Made by a program: the position numbers and the translations under genes
IMG/VR virus record: IMGVR_UViG_3300021425_000005
Source: a virus
Strand: one strand, 5' to 3'
DNA: 64,000 nucleotides
Notes under the pieces: model-generated
Databases searched by the model: none
What the model saw: only the letters and a program-made list of their open reading frames with translations
What the model was told of the DNA's origin: nothing
In this document: positions 29,482-39,365 of the stretch, piece after piece
Position numbering within the stretch: position 1 is the stretch's first letter
Layout of the letters: each line of letters opens with the position of its first letter

Positions 29482-30954
29482 CTAATTCAGCGTAATCAGC
29501 GGTGCTGTTACAGTATAATTTCCACCAGCTGTAACTGTATAAACTGCAGTTGTTTGAGTCATCGCGGCTGTTGTAAACGATGTCGCCGCATGAGTATATG
29601 TAGCAGCTGCAGAAGTAACAGCCATCGCACCAATTGTGGTCATTGTCAATATACCGCCTGTGTCGATATTTGTATTCAGAGTCGCAGCCAAGTTTATTTG
29701 ACCAGCAGTGGCACTGAATGCACCGAGTGTGCCAGCTGACATATTAATATCTTTCAGGGTAATTACTTCCATCGAACCAAGACTACTGAAGAACTTGAGA
29801 CCACCAACTGATGACAATGCATATTTACCACCAACAGTTTCATTTTTACGACCGCCGATCTGCGTCGCAACACCACCTTTGACAGTAAGATGATCTTTAC
29901 CTGCTGGAACAATACCACCAATAAATGGTATGGTGATTGGCGGCTGATCAGTCATACATCCGATCACTGTATATCTTGAGCCATCAACACTGATTTTCTG
30001 ATCAGAAATAACTTCAAGCGCATCTGTTCCCTGAACTTTAACGAATCGACCACCACGAATAGTTTGGTAGAGATCACCGCCGATTTCTTCAATACGATTA
30101 CCATCGACTTTCATATTAACATCACCCTTGATTGAAAGAGTCAAATCTCCCTCAACATAAAGAGTTTTATCTTTATAGATTATTTCAAAATCATCACCGA
30201 CAATTTTTTGAACATACGAACCATCAGGCTGATACTCTTCATGAGAACCTGAAGTGTGAAATGTATGGATTCTTTCAAATCCAGGAGTATCATCAACTTC
30301 AAATACATGACCGCTCTCAGTTTCTCTTACTTTATTAAACGGATACGCAGATCCAGAAATACCATTACCTTGTGGATCTGGTTCGTCCCAAGCAGGAACT
30401 TCTTCCCCATCATCATCTTCAATTTCGGCAAGGCTAGAGTTTTTTATCGAAGGTGCAGCATCGTTAATACCCTCAAATTCAGATGGTCTGGCTTTCGGAA
30501 CACCAACAATTCTTAAATCTCTTCTTGAAATTAATGATGGATGTGTTTCTGCAACTTCATCACCCCTAGCAAGACGCGATAAAGAAGATTCATCAATCAA
30601 AGCCTCTTTCGGGTATTGACCATTCGGGTCTGAGAATCCTGAATTTGGGTCTGGGAGAACAGTGTCAACACCGCCTAATGAACCCATAATAATGGGGAGC
30701 TGGCAATCTTCATCTGTAAAAAATCCAACAACAGTAGAACCTGTGACAAGTCCTGTCCCATCGTGTCCAACACCAGAAACTGCAGCAGAGCCAACAGGTT
30801 GTATGGTCATCGCCCATGGTAATTCTTCAGTTGGAAGAACAGATTTGTCTCCTGTGTGATAGCCTTGTATACGAACTCTATATCGCCCAACTTTCATTGG
30901 ATCGTTTCGATCTTCTACAACACCAATCCACCAGTTAAAAGGAACATTCTGCAT
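29482..30954 (-). CDS. gp5: Baseplate hub spike gp5 (no lysozyme domain evident)
   Basis: WWIGVVEDRNDP..GRYRVRI..LPWA, YPFNKVRETESGHVFEVDDTPG, beta-helix C-terminus. Confidence 0.9.
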   Translation of the reverse strand: MQNVPFNWWIGVVEDRNDPMKVGRYRVRIQGYHTGDKSVLPTEELPWAMTIQPVGSAAVSGVGHDGTGLVTGSTVVGFFTDEDCQLPIIMGSLGGVDTVLPDPNSGFSDPNGQYPKEALIDESSLSRLARGDEVAETHPSLISRRDLRIVGVPKARPSEFEGINDAAPSIKNSSLAEIEDDDGEEVPAWDEPDPQGNGISGSAYPFNKVRETESGHVFEVDDTPGFERIHTFHTSGSHEEYQPDGSYVQKIVGDDFEIIYKDKTLYVEGDLTLSIKGDVNMKVDGNRIEEIGGDLYQTIRGGRFVKVQGTDALEVISDQKISVDGSRYTVIGCMTDQPPITIPFIGGIVPAGKDHLTVKGGVATQIGGRKNETVGGKYALSSVGGLKFFSSLGSMEVITLKDINMSAGTLGAFSATAGQINLAATLNTNIDTGGILTMTTIGAMAVTSAAATYTHAATSFTTAAMTQTTAVYTVTAGGNYTVTAPLITLN

Positions 30955-30955
30955 T

Positions 30956-32335
30956 CTAACCTCCCAAGCTATCGCGCATCAAACGCAATACCATTTCATG
31001 ATTATTAGGTTGAATCTTGTGTCGAATACCGACAATCATATAAAGACCAGAAACAAAAGGATCTTCTAAATCATCTTTATCTGGTTCTGTAGTTTTATCT
31101 TCAGTTTTTGGAAAAATTAACCTAACCATTAGACCCAAATCTATGTCTGATTTTCCTGGAACAACAATCTCAATTACATTATTTTCGATTTCAGCCATAG
31201 AATAACTTCTGATTAGCTCATTACGAACTTGTTGAACACCTCTGCTATATGATGATGCATACGGTGATGTAGCCATCGGAGTGAATTTTCTAACTGCTAA
31301 TGGATTACTCAAAACACCTTCATTTATGGTATTAAATTCTCCCATAACAGTAAAATCTTCAAAAGACTCTTTAATATATTTTCTATCTTCTTCCGCTATA
31401 TCTTTAGACTCTGGTCTATTATCATATTTCATTGTCAGTAAAGTTTTTGTTACGAAATCGTATGAATTCACCGCTTGTGAATGAAATCCTGTTAGGTTAT
31501 TTAAAATCAAACTTTTGAACTTCTCATAACGCATAGTTTTGATTGTATGATAACGACTATTTAAATATTTCGTTTGATACTTATACTTTCCGCTTCTGAT
31601 ATCATCATAGATTGGATCTTCTTGACTTTCAACTTTCGTATATTCATCATAAATTGAATTGGCGTCTTTTTGAGATTTCACCATAGATTCCAAAGAACCG
31701 AAATAATATGAGTCTTTTCTTTCAAAAAACAAAAAGTTTGTTTTATTGAGCGTATTACCGCGACTTCTCGAAGCTACAAAGTTCAAACATTCAAATGGAG
31801 ACCAGTGATTAGCAATAAATTCGAAATTATTAGAGGAATGTGGAACATCAGCTATTTCCATTTCACTTTTACCGCTTGACTTTCCATTCGCGGATTCAAT
31901 TCTCTTAATTTTTATGTCATTGAAGATCTGTGCTGCGATTTCGTCTGTCGAACCTTTATATTTACCAGTCAAAATTGATGCAGTGTTTGTATAAGATTCT
32001 GGAGATATACATTCAAGAGTATATCTTTGTTCTCTGTCTCTAACAAGACTCCTATTTGTTACAGAGTGTATCAAAAAGGTTCTATGAAAACTCTCATCAA
32101 TGTTTGGAGTTTTAAATTTTATTGTAAGACTTTCTTGACCTGTGATCGGGATAGCTGTTATAAGACCGATAGCATCTGAAATTTGAAAATATGAAGTCAT
32201 AGAGTTAGATAATACATCCAAGTAAATATCAAACTCCATAATAAAGTTTTTTATATCTGTAGAACCGCTAATATTCGAAGAGATATATGCCTCTTCGATG
32301 ATCACATCACCAGCACTGGAATTTATTTCTGACAT
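30956..32335 (-). CDS. Baseplate hub protein (gp27-like)
   Basis: PITGQE, FLFFE, VPG..GLMV, SGLYMIVGIRH; between gp53 and gp5. Confidence 0.6.
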   Translation of the reverse strand: MSEINSSAGDVIIEEAYISSNISGSTDIKNFIMEFDIYLDVLSNSMTSYFQISDAIGLITAIPITGQESLTIKFKTPNIDESFHRTFLIHSVTNRSLVRDREQRYTLECISPESYTNTASILTGKYKGSTDEIAAQIFNDIKIKRIESANGKSSGKSEMEIADVPHSSNNFEFIANHWSPFECLNFVASRSRGNTLNKTNFLFFERKDSYYFGSLESMVKSQKDANSIYDEYTKVESQEDPIYDDIRSGKYKYQTKYLNSRYHTIKTMRYEKFKSLILNNLTGFHSQAVNSYDFVTKTLLTMKYDNRPESKDIAEEDRKYIKESFEDFTVMGEFNTINEGVLSNPLAVRKFTPMATSPYASSYSRGVQQVRNELIRSYSMAEIENNVIEIVVPGKSDIDLGLMVRLIFPKTEDKTTEPDKDDLEDPFVSGLYMIVGIRHKIQPNNHEMVLRLMRDSLGG

Positions 32336-32337
32336 AA

Positions 32338-32841
32338 TTATTCATTCATTAGTTGATAATATTCATTCACAAAGTCTTTAATATACCTATTCGAGACAAC
32401 TTTTATATTTTGCCTGTTGTCATTTTCAATTTCTTCGTGGCGTAGATGAGAAACTTCTTCGATTTCACCATTAGCTAGTTTGGCTCTGTCATATTCTACA
32501 CAAATTTCTGGTCTTTCTGGGAGAATCCAGTGATGTGTATTACCGCTATTGCCGACACCGTATTTCTGATCAACAAAATTTCTCAGAACTTCATCTGACA
32601 TATACCATTCATTATATGGATCTATAATATTATTAACAAGCAATATTGTCCAATATAGTTTTGGATCCCTATAAAGTTTGTATGCAACATCTTCTGGCTG
32701 CTCGCCGCTTTGAATTTCATAATATTCTAAAATGAATTCGTTTGTTGCAGCATCAATCGGAGCAACACGGCGTAGAATGTCAGTTACAGTAACGAAACTT
32801 CCATTGAAAATATACCCAATCTTTGGTATTTCTTTAAACAT
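32338..32841 (-). CDS. gp53: Baseplate wedge gp53
   Basis: GEQPEDVAYKLY..YWTILLVNNIIDPYNEW. Confidence 0.88.
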   Translation of the reverse strand: MFKEIPKIGYIFNGSFVTVTDILRRVAPIDAATNEFILEYYEIQSGEQPEDVAYKLYRDPKLYWTILLVNNIIDPYNEWYMSDEVLRNFVDQKYGVGNSGNTHHWILPERPEICVEYDRAKLANGEIEEVSHLRHEEIENDNRQNIKVVSNRYIKDFVNEYYQLMNE

Positions 32842-34058
32842 TAATAACCTGTTCCTGTTCCATTTGTAAGTTGACCACTACCACTAGGATCTTTGGTGAG
32901 CAAAGAAATCTCTCTAAACTGTAGAGCAACAGTTATTTCTGACGGTGCACCAGAAGTTCCTCTAAATGTTGTGAAGACTCCTTCTGAACCATAGTCAACA
33001 CTCATATCGGTTAAAACTGATGTGGCAATTTTATTGACAAATGTATTTCTAGATTCTTTGTATCTGTATTCTAAATCAAAAACTGATGGAAACACAAAGA
33101 AAGCTCCTGAAGGGTCTTTTTCTGGATGCATGTGAAATTTCAACAAATCAATAATACTCATGACTGTAGCAAATTCCGACGAGTTTCTTGGAGCAAACTT
33201 ATATTGAAACGCAAAGTTTCTGAAGTTCATTGTTTTAAAAATCTGCTCCTGATACGGATTGCGAACCTTTTTACTTGTGGCTCTTGAAAGTGCACCGAAG
33301 TCAGCCTGACCCAAACCAAGTTCTTTAGGTATTGTTGCTGCTTCAGCCATTGTTCGCACAATTACATCAGTTCCTGTTCCACTGGCTGCTTCTTCTAGCA
33401 TAGCACCAATACTGGCTTCACCGCCAAGTGCCCCCAACAAGGTTCCGATAGCTTCATTCTCATATGTTGCACCATATTTTGCTTGCGGAGATTGAGCGAT
33501 ATGAAGTTGAATGACATCTTTTATTCTGAGAGCTGGTGCAGTTTGGACTGTCGATGCATTTTGCGCTAACTTTGCACCAACACCGCCACCTATTGCGCCA
33601 CCTCCAAATTTGCCTATTAAATTACCAATTTTACCTAAACCTTCCGTCGCCTTACCAGCAACATATGCACCAGCAGCTGCTGATGCAATAGAAACCCCAG
33701 CTTCAACCGATTTAGCATATCTTTCAGAGTTTTCAGCTGTGACCTCGTTGCCAGTTCTTGCTGACGGAACAGCACCAATCTTTTCTGATAACGCTGCATT
33801 AGCACTATTATTACCATCAATTATTTGTTGTTTAGTCGCTCCTGGAACATATTGGCTGATAAAAATATTCAGAGAATGTGGTTGTTCGTCATTACCCAGA
33901 TTTCCTGGATACTTATAGATTGATGCAGGTCTATTAGATTCACGAGAAGTTAAATCGATTGCTCGTTGAGCTGTTCCTTCTCTTTGTCCTGGATTTGATT
34001 TCGCTTGAGCAGCTGCTGTTGCTTCTGCTCTACTTTGAATTTCGGTAGTATCTGCCAT
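32841..34058 (-). CDS. gp48: Baseplate tail-tube cap gp48
   Basis: NPYQEQIFK..RNFAFQYKFAPRN, PSVF, LQFRE. Confidence 0.8.
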   Translation of the reverse strand: MADTTEIQSRAEATAAAQAKSNPGQREGTAQRAIDLTSRESNRPASIYKYPGNLGNDEQPHSLNIFISQYVPGATKQQIIDGNNSANAALSEKIGAVPSARTGNEVTAENSERYAKSVEAGVSIASAAAGAYVAGKATEGLGKIGNLIGKFGGGAIGGGVGAKLAQNASTVQTAPALRIKDVIQLHIAQSPQAKYGATYENEAIGTLLGALGGEASIGAMLEEAASGTGTDVIVRTMAEAATIPKELGLGQADFGALSRATSKKVRNPYQEQIFKTMNFRNFAFQYKFAPRNSSEFATVMSIIDLLKFHMHPEKDPSGAFFVFPSVFDLEYRYKESRNTFVNKIATSVLTDMSVDYGSEGVFTTFRGTSGAPSEITVALQFREISLLTKDPSGSGQLTNGTGTGY

Positions 34059-34067
34059 TGAAAACTC

Positions 34068-34104
34068 TATAAATAGTTTTTATTCTTATTCAATCTTATT
34101 TATA
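34068..34104. promoter_or_regulatory. Face-to-face late promoters
   Basis: TATAAATA at 34068-75 (+, towards gp4) and TATTTATA at 34097-104 (-, towards gp48). Confidence 0.75.
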
Positions 34105-34548
34105 ATGCCATATTCAAAGAATCTTCATCAAGGAAAATTTAATCCCCAAAATCCGCAGAAATATCGCGGAGATAGGACAAAGATTGTTTATCGCTCATCA
34201 TATGAGCTGAAGTTTATGAAATGGTGCGATCTCAATGATAATATTAAAGAATGGGGTTCTGAAGAAATTGCCATTCCATATCGCTCCCCGATTGACGGAA
34301 GAATTCATAGATACTTCCCCGACTTTTATATGAAGCTCAACAATAAGAAGTATCTTATCGAAATAAAGCCAGAGCGTTTCACCAAAGAGCCGAACATACC
34401 CAAACGAAAAACCAAACGCTTTATTGAAGAAGTCAAACAATATGGCACTAATATCGCAAAATGGGAAAGTGCCACAGAGTTTTGTCTTGATCAGGGTTGG
34501 GAATTTAAGATATTAACCGAGAAAGAATTAGGCATTTCGTATAAATAG
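34105..34548 (+). CDS. gp4: Head completion nuclease gp4
   Basis: YRSSYELKFMKWCD, WGSEE, HRYFPDF, IEIKP, NIAKWESA. Confidence 0.9.
   Translation: MPYSKNLHQGKFNPQNPQKYRGDRTKIVYRSSYELKFMKWCDLNDNIKEWGSEEIAIPYRSPIDGRIHRYFPDFYMKLNNKKYLIEIKPERFTKEPNIPKRKTKRFIEEVKQYGTNIAKWESATEFCLDQGWEFKILTEKELGISYK
34540..34547 (+). promoter_or_regulatory. Late promoter TATAAATA
   Basis: Overlaps the gp4 end, 5 nt before the gp2 ATG. Confidence 0.75.
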
Positions 34549-34552
34549 GGTT

Positions 34553-35119
34553 ATGGCTAATCCTTTTGAACAAATACGAGCAAACTCGGACAATCAACGA
34601 AAAAGTTTTCAGTGGTATCAGAGGCAAGTTCGGCAACTAGCGAGTAACATCAACTCGCCTGCAGATGCTATGCGAAATGATGTTTTTGAGACAGTTGGTA
34701 ATATTGAAGTCGGAAGTATGTATCTTTATCGATACGATCCAAAAACAAAAGACAAACTTCCATATTATGACACATTTCCTCTTGTTCTTCCTTATGAACC
34801 AGCAGCTGGTGGATTCTATGGTTTGAACCTTCATTATCTGCCTTATATGCTTCGCGCAAAGGTTTTGGGCGAACTTATGGAAACAGCCAACAGCAAAACG
34901 ATAAGCACAGATACTAAAATGAGATATAACTGGTCATTGTTAAAGGGTGTCGGTAACGAAATCCGCCCTTGTGTTAAAAGATATCTCTTGAGTAATGTAG
35001 TAACAAGATTCTATAAAGTAAATCCAGAAGACTGGAAGGCGGCGATTTTCTTACCTATTGAGAACTTCCAAGGCGCGACGAAAGATAAAGTCTTCAGAGA
35101 TTCAAGGGCAATGATCTAA
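34553..35119 (+). CDS. gp2: DNA end protector gp2
   Basis: YDPKTKDKLPYYDTFPLV, GLNLHYLP, CVKRYL, FLPIENF. Confidence 0.9.
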   Translation: MANPFEQIRANSDNQRKSFQWYQRQVRQLASNINSPADAMRNDVFETVGNIEVGSMYLYRYDPKTKDKLPYYDTFPLVLPYEPAAGGFYGLNLHYLPYMLRAKVLGELMETANSKTISTDTKMRYNWSLLKGVGNEIRPCVKRYLLSNVVTRFYKVNPEDWKAAIFLPIENFQGATKDKVFRDSRAMI

Positions 35120-35736
35120 TGGCTAGAGCAACTTTCAACCTAAACGATTTTCTATCAAATATCAGGAGTCAAGACCTAGCAAGAGCAAGTAGATTTGAGA
35201 TCGTTATGTCAAGCGCATCAAATCGTGGAAGTAACAGAGAAATATCTTTGCTTTGTGAAGAAGCAGCAATTCCTGGACTCATCTCAACCTTCGCTCCCAC
35301 CAAGATAGGTAACTGGACTGAGTATCGCGCACATGGTGTTGAATTTTTTGGCGACAATGCAACGCTGACTTTCTACTGTAACACTGATTGGAATGTGAGA
35401 GAATACTTTGAATCTTGGATGGGAACTACAGCCAATATGACATCCAAGGAAGTTGGTTTTTATGACGATTATGTTGGAGAAGTAGACATCTATACCCTTG
35501 ATAGAAATGACAAAAGAACAGGTAAATGGCAACTGAAAGAATGTTGGCCACGACTAATCAACTTAACACCTGTCAGCCAAGCATCAGATGCGCCAGTTCG
35601 TGTTACAGTTACATTTACCTATCGTTATTGGACTTCTGATACTTTAGACGATAGCCCGATCGGGAATATTAAAAGATTCGTAAACATTCTAAAAGATGGC
35701 GATTTCGATGAGATCGCTGATAAACTAGGATTTTAA
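35119..35736 (+). CDS. Tail tube initiator (gp54/gp19-like)
   Basis: LARASRF, CEEAAIPG, YFESW, FYDDY, VTFTYRYW. Confidence 0.7.
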   Translation: MARATFNLNDFLSNIRSQDLARASRFEIVMSSASNRGSNREISLLCEEAAIPGLISTFAPTKIGNWTEYRAHGVEFFGDNATLTFYCNTDWNVREYFESWMGTTANMTSKEVGFYDDYVGEVDIYTLDRNDKRTGKWQLKECWPRLINLTPVSQASDAPVRVTVTFTYRYWTSDTLDDSPIGNIKRFVNILKDGDFDEIADKLGF

Positions 35737-35754
35737 CAAAGGTGAAATAAAATT

Positions 35755-36456
35755 ATGGCTTTACCGCAAATTGATGTGCAAACATTCAAGTTGAATATAA
35801 GTTCTTTAAATAAAGAGTATAAATTCAGACCATTTCTTGTGAAAGAAGAAAAACTCTTGGTTATGGCTAACGAGTCATCAGACTCAAGAGATATGCTTAC
35901 TGCAGCGCAACAAATTATTACTAATTGCTCATTCGGAAAAGTGAATGGTGAAAAATTACCTCTTTTCGATGTCCAAAAAGTGTTCCTCGATATTCGCTCG
36001 CAATCGGTTGGTAGCGTTATTGAATTGAATGCTAATTGTGGTGAATGTGATGCGAAAGCGGATGTTTTTCTAGACCTTGAAGCTGTTGAAGTGAAAACTG
36101 TTGAAGGACATAAATCAACCTTCAATATAACTGATAAGATTGCAGTAGAAATGCAATATCCCACTGTTGAAGAAGTCCACGACTTGGTTCACGCGACAGA
36201 AGAAACAGATGTTTATATTGTTGCAGCAAACAATATCAAAACAGTTTTCACTGAAGATGAGACAATTGACTTTTTATCCAATGCTCCTGACGAAAGGGTC
36301 GAATGGATTGAAAATTTGACACCAGAGCAATTCAAAAATATAAAAGAATTTTTTGAAACTATGCCACAATTATATCATACATTAGATTTTAAATGTAAGG
36401 AGTGTGGGAAGGACAATTACCTTGTGATTGACGGATACCAAAATTTTTTCGTCTAA
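35755..36456 (+). CDS. gp26: Baseplate hub assembly chaperone gp26
   Basis: MALP, FRPFLVKEEKLL, IRSQSVG, CxxC x2, FFETMP, terminal NFF. Confidence 0.88.
   Translation: MALPQIDVQTFKLNISSLNKEYKFRPFLVKEEKLLVMANESSDSRDMLTAAQQIITNCSFGKVNGEKLPLFDVQKVFLDIRSQSVGSVIELNANCGECDAKADVFLDLEAVEVKTVEGHKSTFNITDKIAVEMQYPTVEEVHDLVHATEETDVYIVAANNIKTVFTEDETIDFLSNAPDERVEWIENLTPEQFKNIKEFFETMPQLYHTLDFKCKECGKDNYLVIDGYQNFFV
36444..36450 (+). other. Candidate -1 frameshift slippery site T TTT TTC
   Basis: X XXY YYZ heptamer in the gp26 frame; the -1 frame is open into gp51. Confidence 0.65.
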
Positions 36457-36476
36457 CTCTCTCTCATGAATCGCTC

Positions 36477-36629
36477 ATGAACCTGTTTAAGACAAACTTT
36501 CTAATGATGCAGGAATATGGGTATTCGTTGACCGAACTAGAAAAGATGGTTCCATGGGAGAGAGAAGTTTATGTTAGTATGTTGTTAGAACACCTAAAGA
36601 AGAAAAACGAAGCAGCGAAAAAGAGATAA
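36477..36629 (+). CDS. gp51: Baseplate hub assembly catalyst gp51 (probably translated as a gp26-gp51 fusion)
   Basis: Not in the track. MNLFKTNFLMMQEYGYSLTELEKMVPWEREVYVSMLL, a gp51-type motif. Confidence 0.85.
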   Translation: MNLFKTNFLMMQEYGYSLTELEKMVPWEREVYVSMLLEHLKKKNEAAKKR

Positions 36630-36632
36630 CAA

Positions 36633-38339
36633 ATGGCTTTACCTTTATTAGCATTAGGCGCAAGAATGACAGCATCACAAGGTGTGAGGGCTGGAGCAAC
36701 ACAAGCTGTCCGAAGAGGCGCAACCCAACGAGCTGCTGCAGCTGGCGGTGGTCGCAGAGGCGGCGGTATTGGATTCATGGACATGATGGATATGAAAGGC
36801 GTTGCTAATAATGTCATCGATTTTAAAACAGGCAAGGCTGCAACAAGAAGTAATGGAATGTCTATGGGTGGTTCTGCACCAGCAATTGCTGCACCAGCTG
36901 CTGTTCGTCAAAATACGAATGTTGCTGGTGATATTCAAGCAGCAACTGAACTTTCGATGGACGAATTAGCGAAACAAACTAAGATCTTACAAGACATTCA
37001 AGAAAACACACAACAAACAGCAACCAATACACAAAGTATGGTTGGTTCAGGTGCAGCTGCAGCTATACCATCAACTCCTGACGATCAACAAGGATCCTCT
37101 GAACAGGGCGTTAGTGGAAAACTTTTAGATAGTTTGGCTAAACTGGCTCCAGCCGCTTCTATTGGGCTTGGTGGGCTTGCTGGGTTTGGGCTTGCTCAAA
37201 TCGGAACTGGTCCAGCCGAAAATGAACAGCAAGAGCAAGTTTACGATGTTTTAGAATCTGATCAGGGAATGTTTGATAGAATTGGTGCTAATACTGCTCT
37301 TTCAGATATGTTTGGAACCAGAAGAGGAATTGATAATGTTAGTTCCGAAGAACTTGAAGCCAACCAAGCAAAACGCGAACAGATAGTAAAAAGAATAGAA
37401 CGAGCTGGTCTTGATGAGAAAGAACAAGAAAGGCAAATAGGATTATTAGACAGATACCTCAAAAGAGGGCAAGTCGACAAAGTTCAAGATATTTCCAGTA
37501 AATACCGCCTAGCTGGGGACGAAGAAGATGTAGCATACCAATATCGCTTCGGTAAGATGGATATGTCTCAGGCTGAAGATTACGCTGAAACAACTGGAAA
37601 TCAAGGCGCAATAGATAAACTTGAACAAGCAAGAACAGCGTATGAGAACGATCCAGAAGCACTTGCTAAGGCTGAACAAGAATTCGTTGACTCAATGAAC
37701 AAAGCAAGGATCGAGTTCGATAAGAGATATTCATCAGAAATGGATAAAAGAGGTCAATATGGTCTTGAAACAGCAGCAGAAAGATCTAGCAGACAAATAG
37801 AAAAGGCTGAAGACCTTGTTGCAGCTAAATTCGGAAATGAAGGTTTCTTTGGTGGTTTGATGGAAAGCGGAAGCAGATTTTTCAGTAGTGAAGAAACTGA
37901 TCAAGAGGCTCTTGAGAAAGGCGTTAAAGCAAAATTGGCGCGAATTAGAGCAAACATGGAAAAGGGAAATGCTTCTGAGAAACAAATACAAACACAGATG
38001 CAAGACGAACTCTCAAACATTCAGCAGATGAGCGTTGGAGAATTGGAAAAATATATAAAAACTGACGACACCTCCACCGAAAAATTGCAACAACAGATGC
38101 AAAGAGGTGAAGAGATTATGCGTCAAGAAGAGGCTGAGAGAAGGGCAGATGCAAAAGCTGCCACTGCCGCTTCAATGGCAGCAGCTGCTAAACCTGCTGC
38201 TGGTGGAACTTCTGCTGGAACAAGTGAACCCACTGTAACGACTGCAATTGTAAATGACCCATCGTCAAGAGATACTGTCGGTAGAAGCATTACCAGAGTT
38301 TATAATCAAAGAGCATTATATCCAGGGTGGTCAATGTAA
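36633..38339 (+). CDS. Putative tape measure protein (gp29-like)
   Basis: Ala/Gln/Glu-rich helical protein after gp26/gp51. Confidence 0.55.
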   Translation: MALPLLALGARMTASQGVRAGATQAVRRGATQRAAAAGGGRRGGGIGFMDMMDMKGVANNVIDFKTGKAATRSNGMSMGGSAPAIAAPAAVRQNTNVAGDIQAATELSMDELAKQTKILQDIQENTQQTATNTQSMVGSGAAAAIPSTPDDQQGSSEQGVSGKLLDSLAKLAPAASIGLGGLAGFGLAQIGTGPAENEQQEQVYDVLESDQGMFDRIGANTALSDMFGTRRGIDNVSSEELEANQAKREQIVKRIERAGLDEKEQERQIGLLDRYLKRGQVDKVQDISSKYRLAGDEEDVAYQYRFGKMDMSQAEDYAETTGNQGAIDKLEQARTAYENDPEALAKAEQEFVDSMNKARIEFDKRYSSEMDKRGQYGLETAAERSSRQIEKAEDLVAAKFGNEGFFGGLMESGSRFFSSEETDQEALEKGVKAKLARIRANMEKGNASEKQIQTQMQDELSNIQQMSVGELEKYIKTDDTSTEKLQQQMQRGEEIMRQEEAERRADAKAATAASMAAAAKPAAGGTSAGTSEPTVTTAIVNDPSSRDTVGRSITRVYNQRALYPGWSM

Positions 38340-38362
38340 AAAGGGGAGACCGAAGTCTCCCC
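38338..38362 (-). terminator. Intrinsic terminator with UUCG loop after gp32
   Basis: GGGGAGAC-TTCG-GTCTCCCC-TTTTT between convergent genes. Confidence 0.85.
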
Positions 38363-38388
38363 TTCCATCATCCATAGGAGAATGATTC

Positions 38389-39306
38389 TTAGTCTTCTTC
38401 TGCCAATTTAGCAAAATATGACAGCGTATCATCTTCGTCATCATCAACATTAGATGCTACTGAGACAGGAGTCTTAGATGCCTCCTGAACATAGATTTGG
38501 TCTTCAACATCGCCAGTTTGCTCAGCGACTTTCTCAGCAGTAGTTACTTTCGCACCACCAGCTAAAACCATATTCAGCTTCTGCTTCAACTCATCATAAG
38601 ATTTGAAGTTGTCAGGGCTAACAATTTCAGCGAGTGAATGTTGTTTTGCCCAGATAGCTTCAATAGCCTCATCAGATTCAGCAACAGGAGTAGGAGTTGA
38701 TTCAAACTCAGACTTATCGTAGTTACGATATCCGTCGACTTGACGAGCCTTCAGTTTAAAGTTTACACCTTCCCAGAAATCAAATGGATTTACTGGGGTT
38801 TCATCCTCGAACTGAGGCTGCATTACATCTTTGATCTTGTCAAAGATTTTCTTACCGAACTTGTAAAGCATAACCTGACCCTCATTTTGAGGATTAGCAG
38901 GATCCTTTACAACCAGAACATTAGCGTAGTATGACAAACGGCGTTTTTGCTTACGAGCAAGATCTTTGTTTGCTTCTACACCGCTGTTCCAAAGTTCACT
39001 GTTCAACTCAGAAACAGGATCCTGTTGATTCAGCGTAGTAAGTGAGTTTTCAATATACCACTTACCAGTTGGACCTTGGAAGCCATGATTGAACATGCGA
39101 ACCCATGGGAGTTCCTCGCCTTTCGGTGCAGGCAAGAAACGAAGAACAGCATAACCGTTACCAGCAGAATCTACTGAGAGTTTCCACTCGTTACCGTCAT
39201 CTTTCTTGTAGTTTTGTTGAGGGGAGTCAATTTTTTCGACTTCTTTCATCAGATTATCGAAAGAGCCTCTTGCTTTGCGCAAGTCAGATAGTGAATTAAA
39301 CGACAT
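38389..39306 (-). CDS. gp32: ssDNA-binding protein gp32
   Basis: GNGYAVLRFLPAP, HGFQGPTGKWYIENS, FGKKIFDKI, NPFDFWEG, acidic tail YFAKLAEED. Confidence 0.96.
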   Translation of the reverse strand: MSFNSLSDLRKARGSFDNLMKEVEKIDSPQQNYKKDDGNEWKLSVDSAGNGYAVLRFLPAPKGEELPWVRMFNHGFQGPTGKWYIENSLTTLNQQDPVSELNSELWNSGVEANKDLARKQKRRLSYYANVLVVKDPANPQNEGQVMLYKFGKKIFDKIKDVMQPQFEDETPVNPFDFWEGVNFKLKARQVDGYRNYDKSEFESTPTPVAESDEAIEAIWAKQHSLAEIVSPDNFKSYDELKQKLNMVLAGGAKVTTAEKVAEQTGDVEDQIYVQEASKTPVSVASNVDDDEDDTLSYFAKLAEED

Positions 39307-39365
39307 ATTTTTTCTCCGTATAAGCGTTGTCTTCGTTGTATGTTTGTCCTGTATCAGCGGACGAG

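Noticed and set aside
34105-34548. TnsA transposase / mobile element
   Set aside because: The fold is shared with T4 gp4, and the gene sits in standard synteny next to gp2
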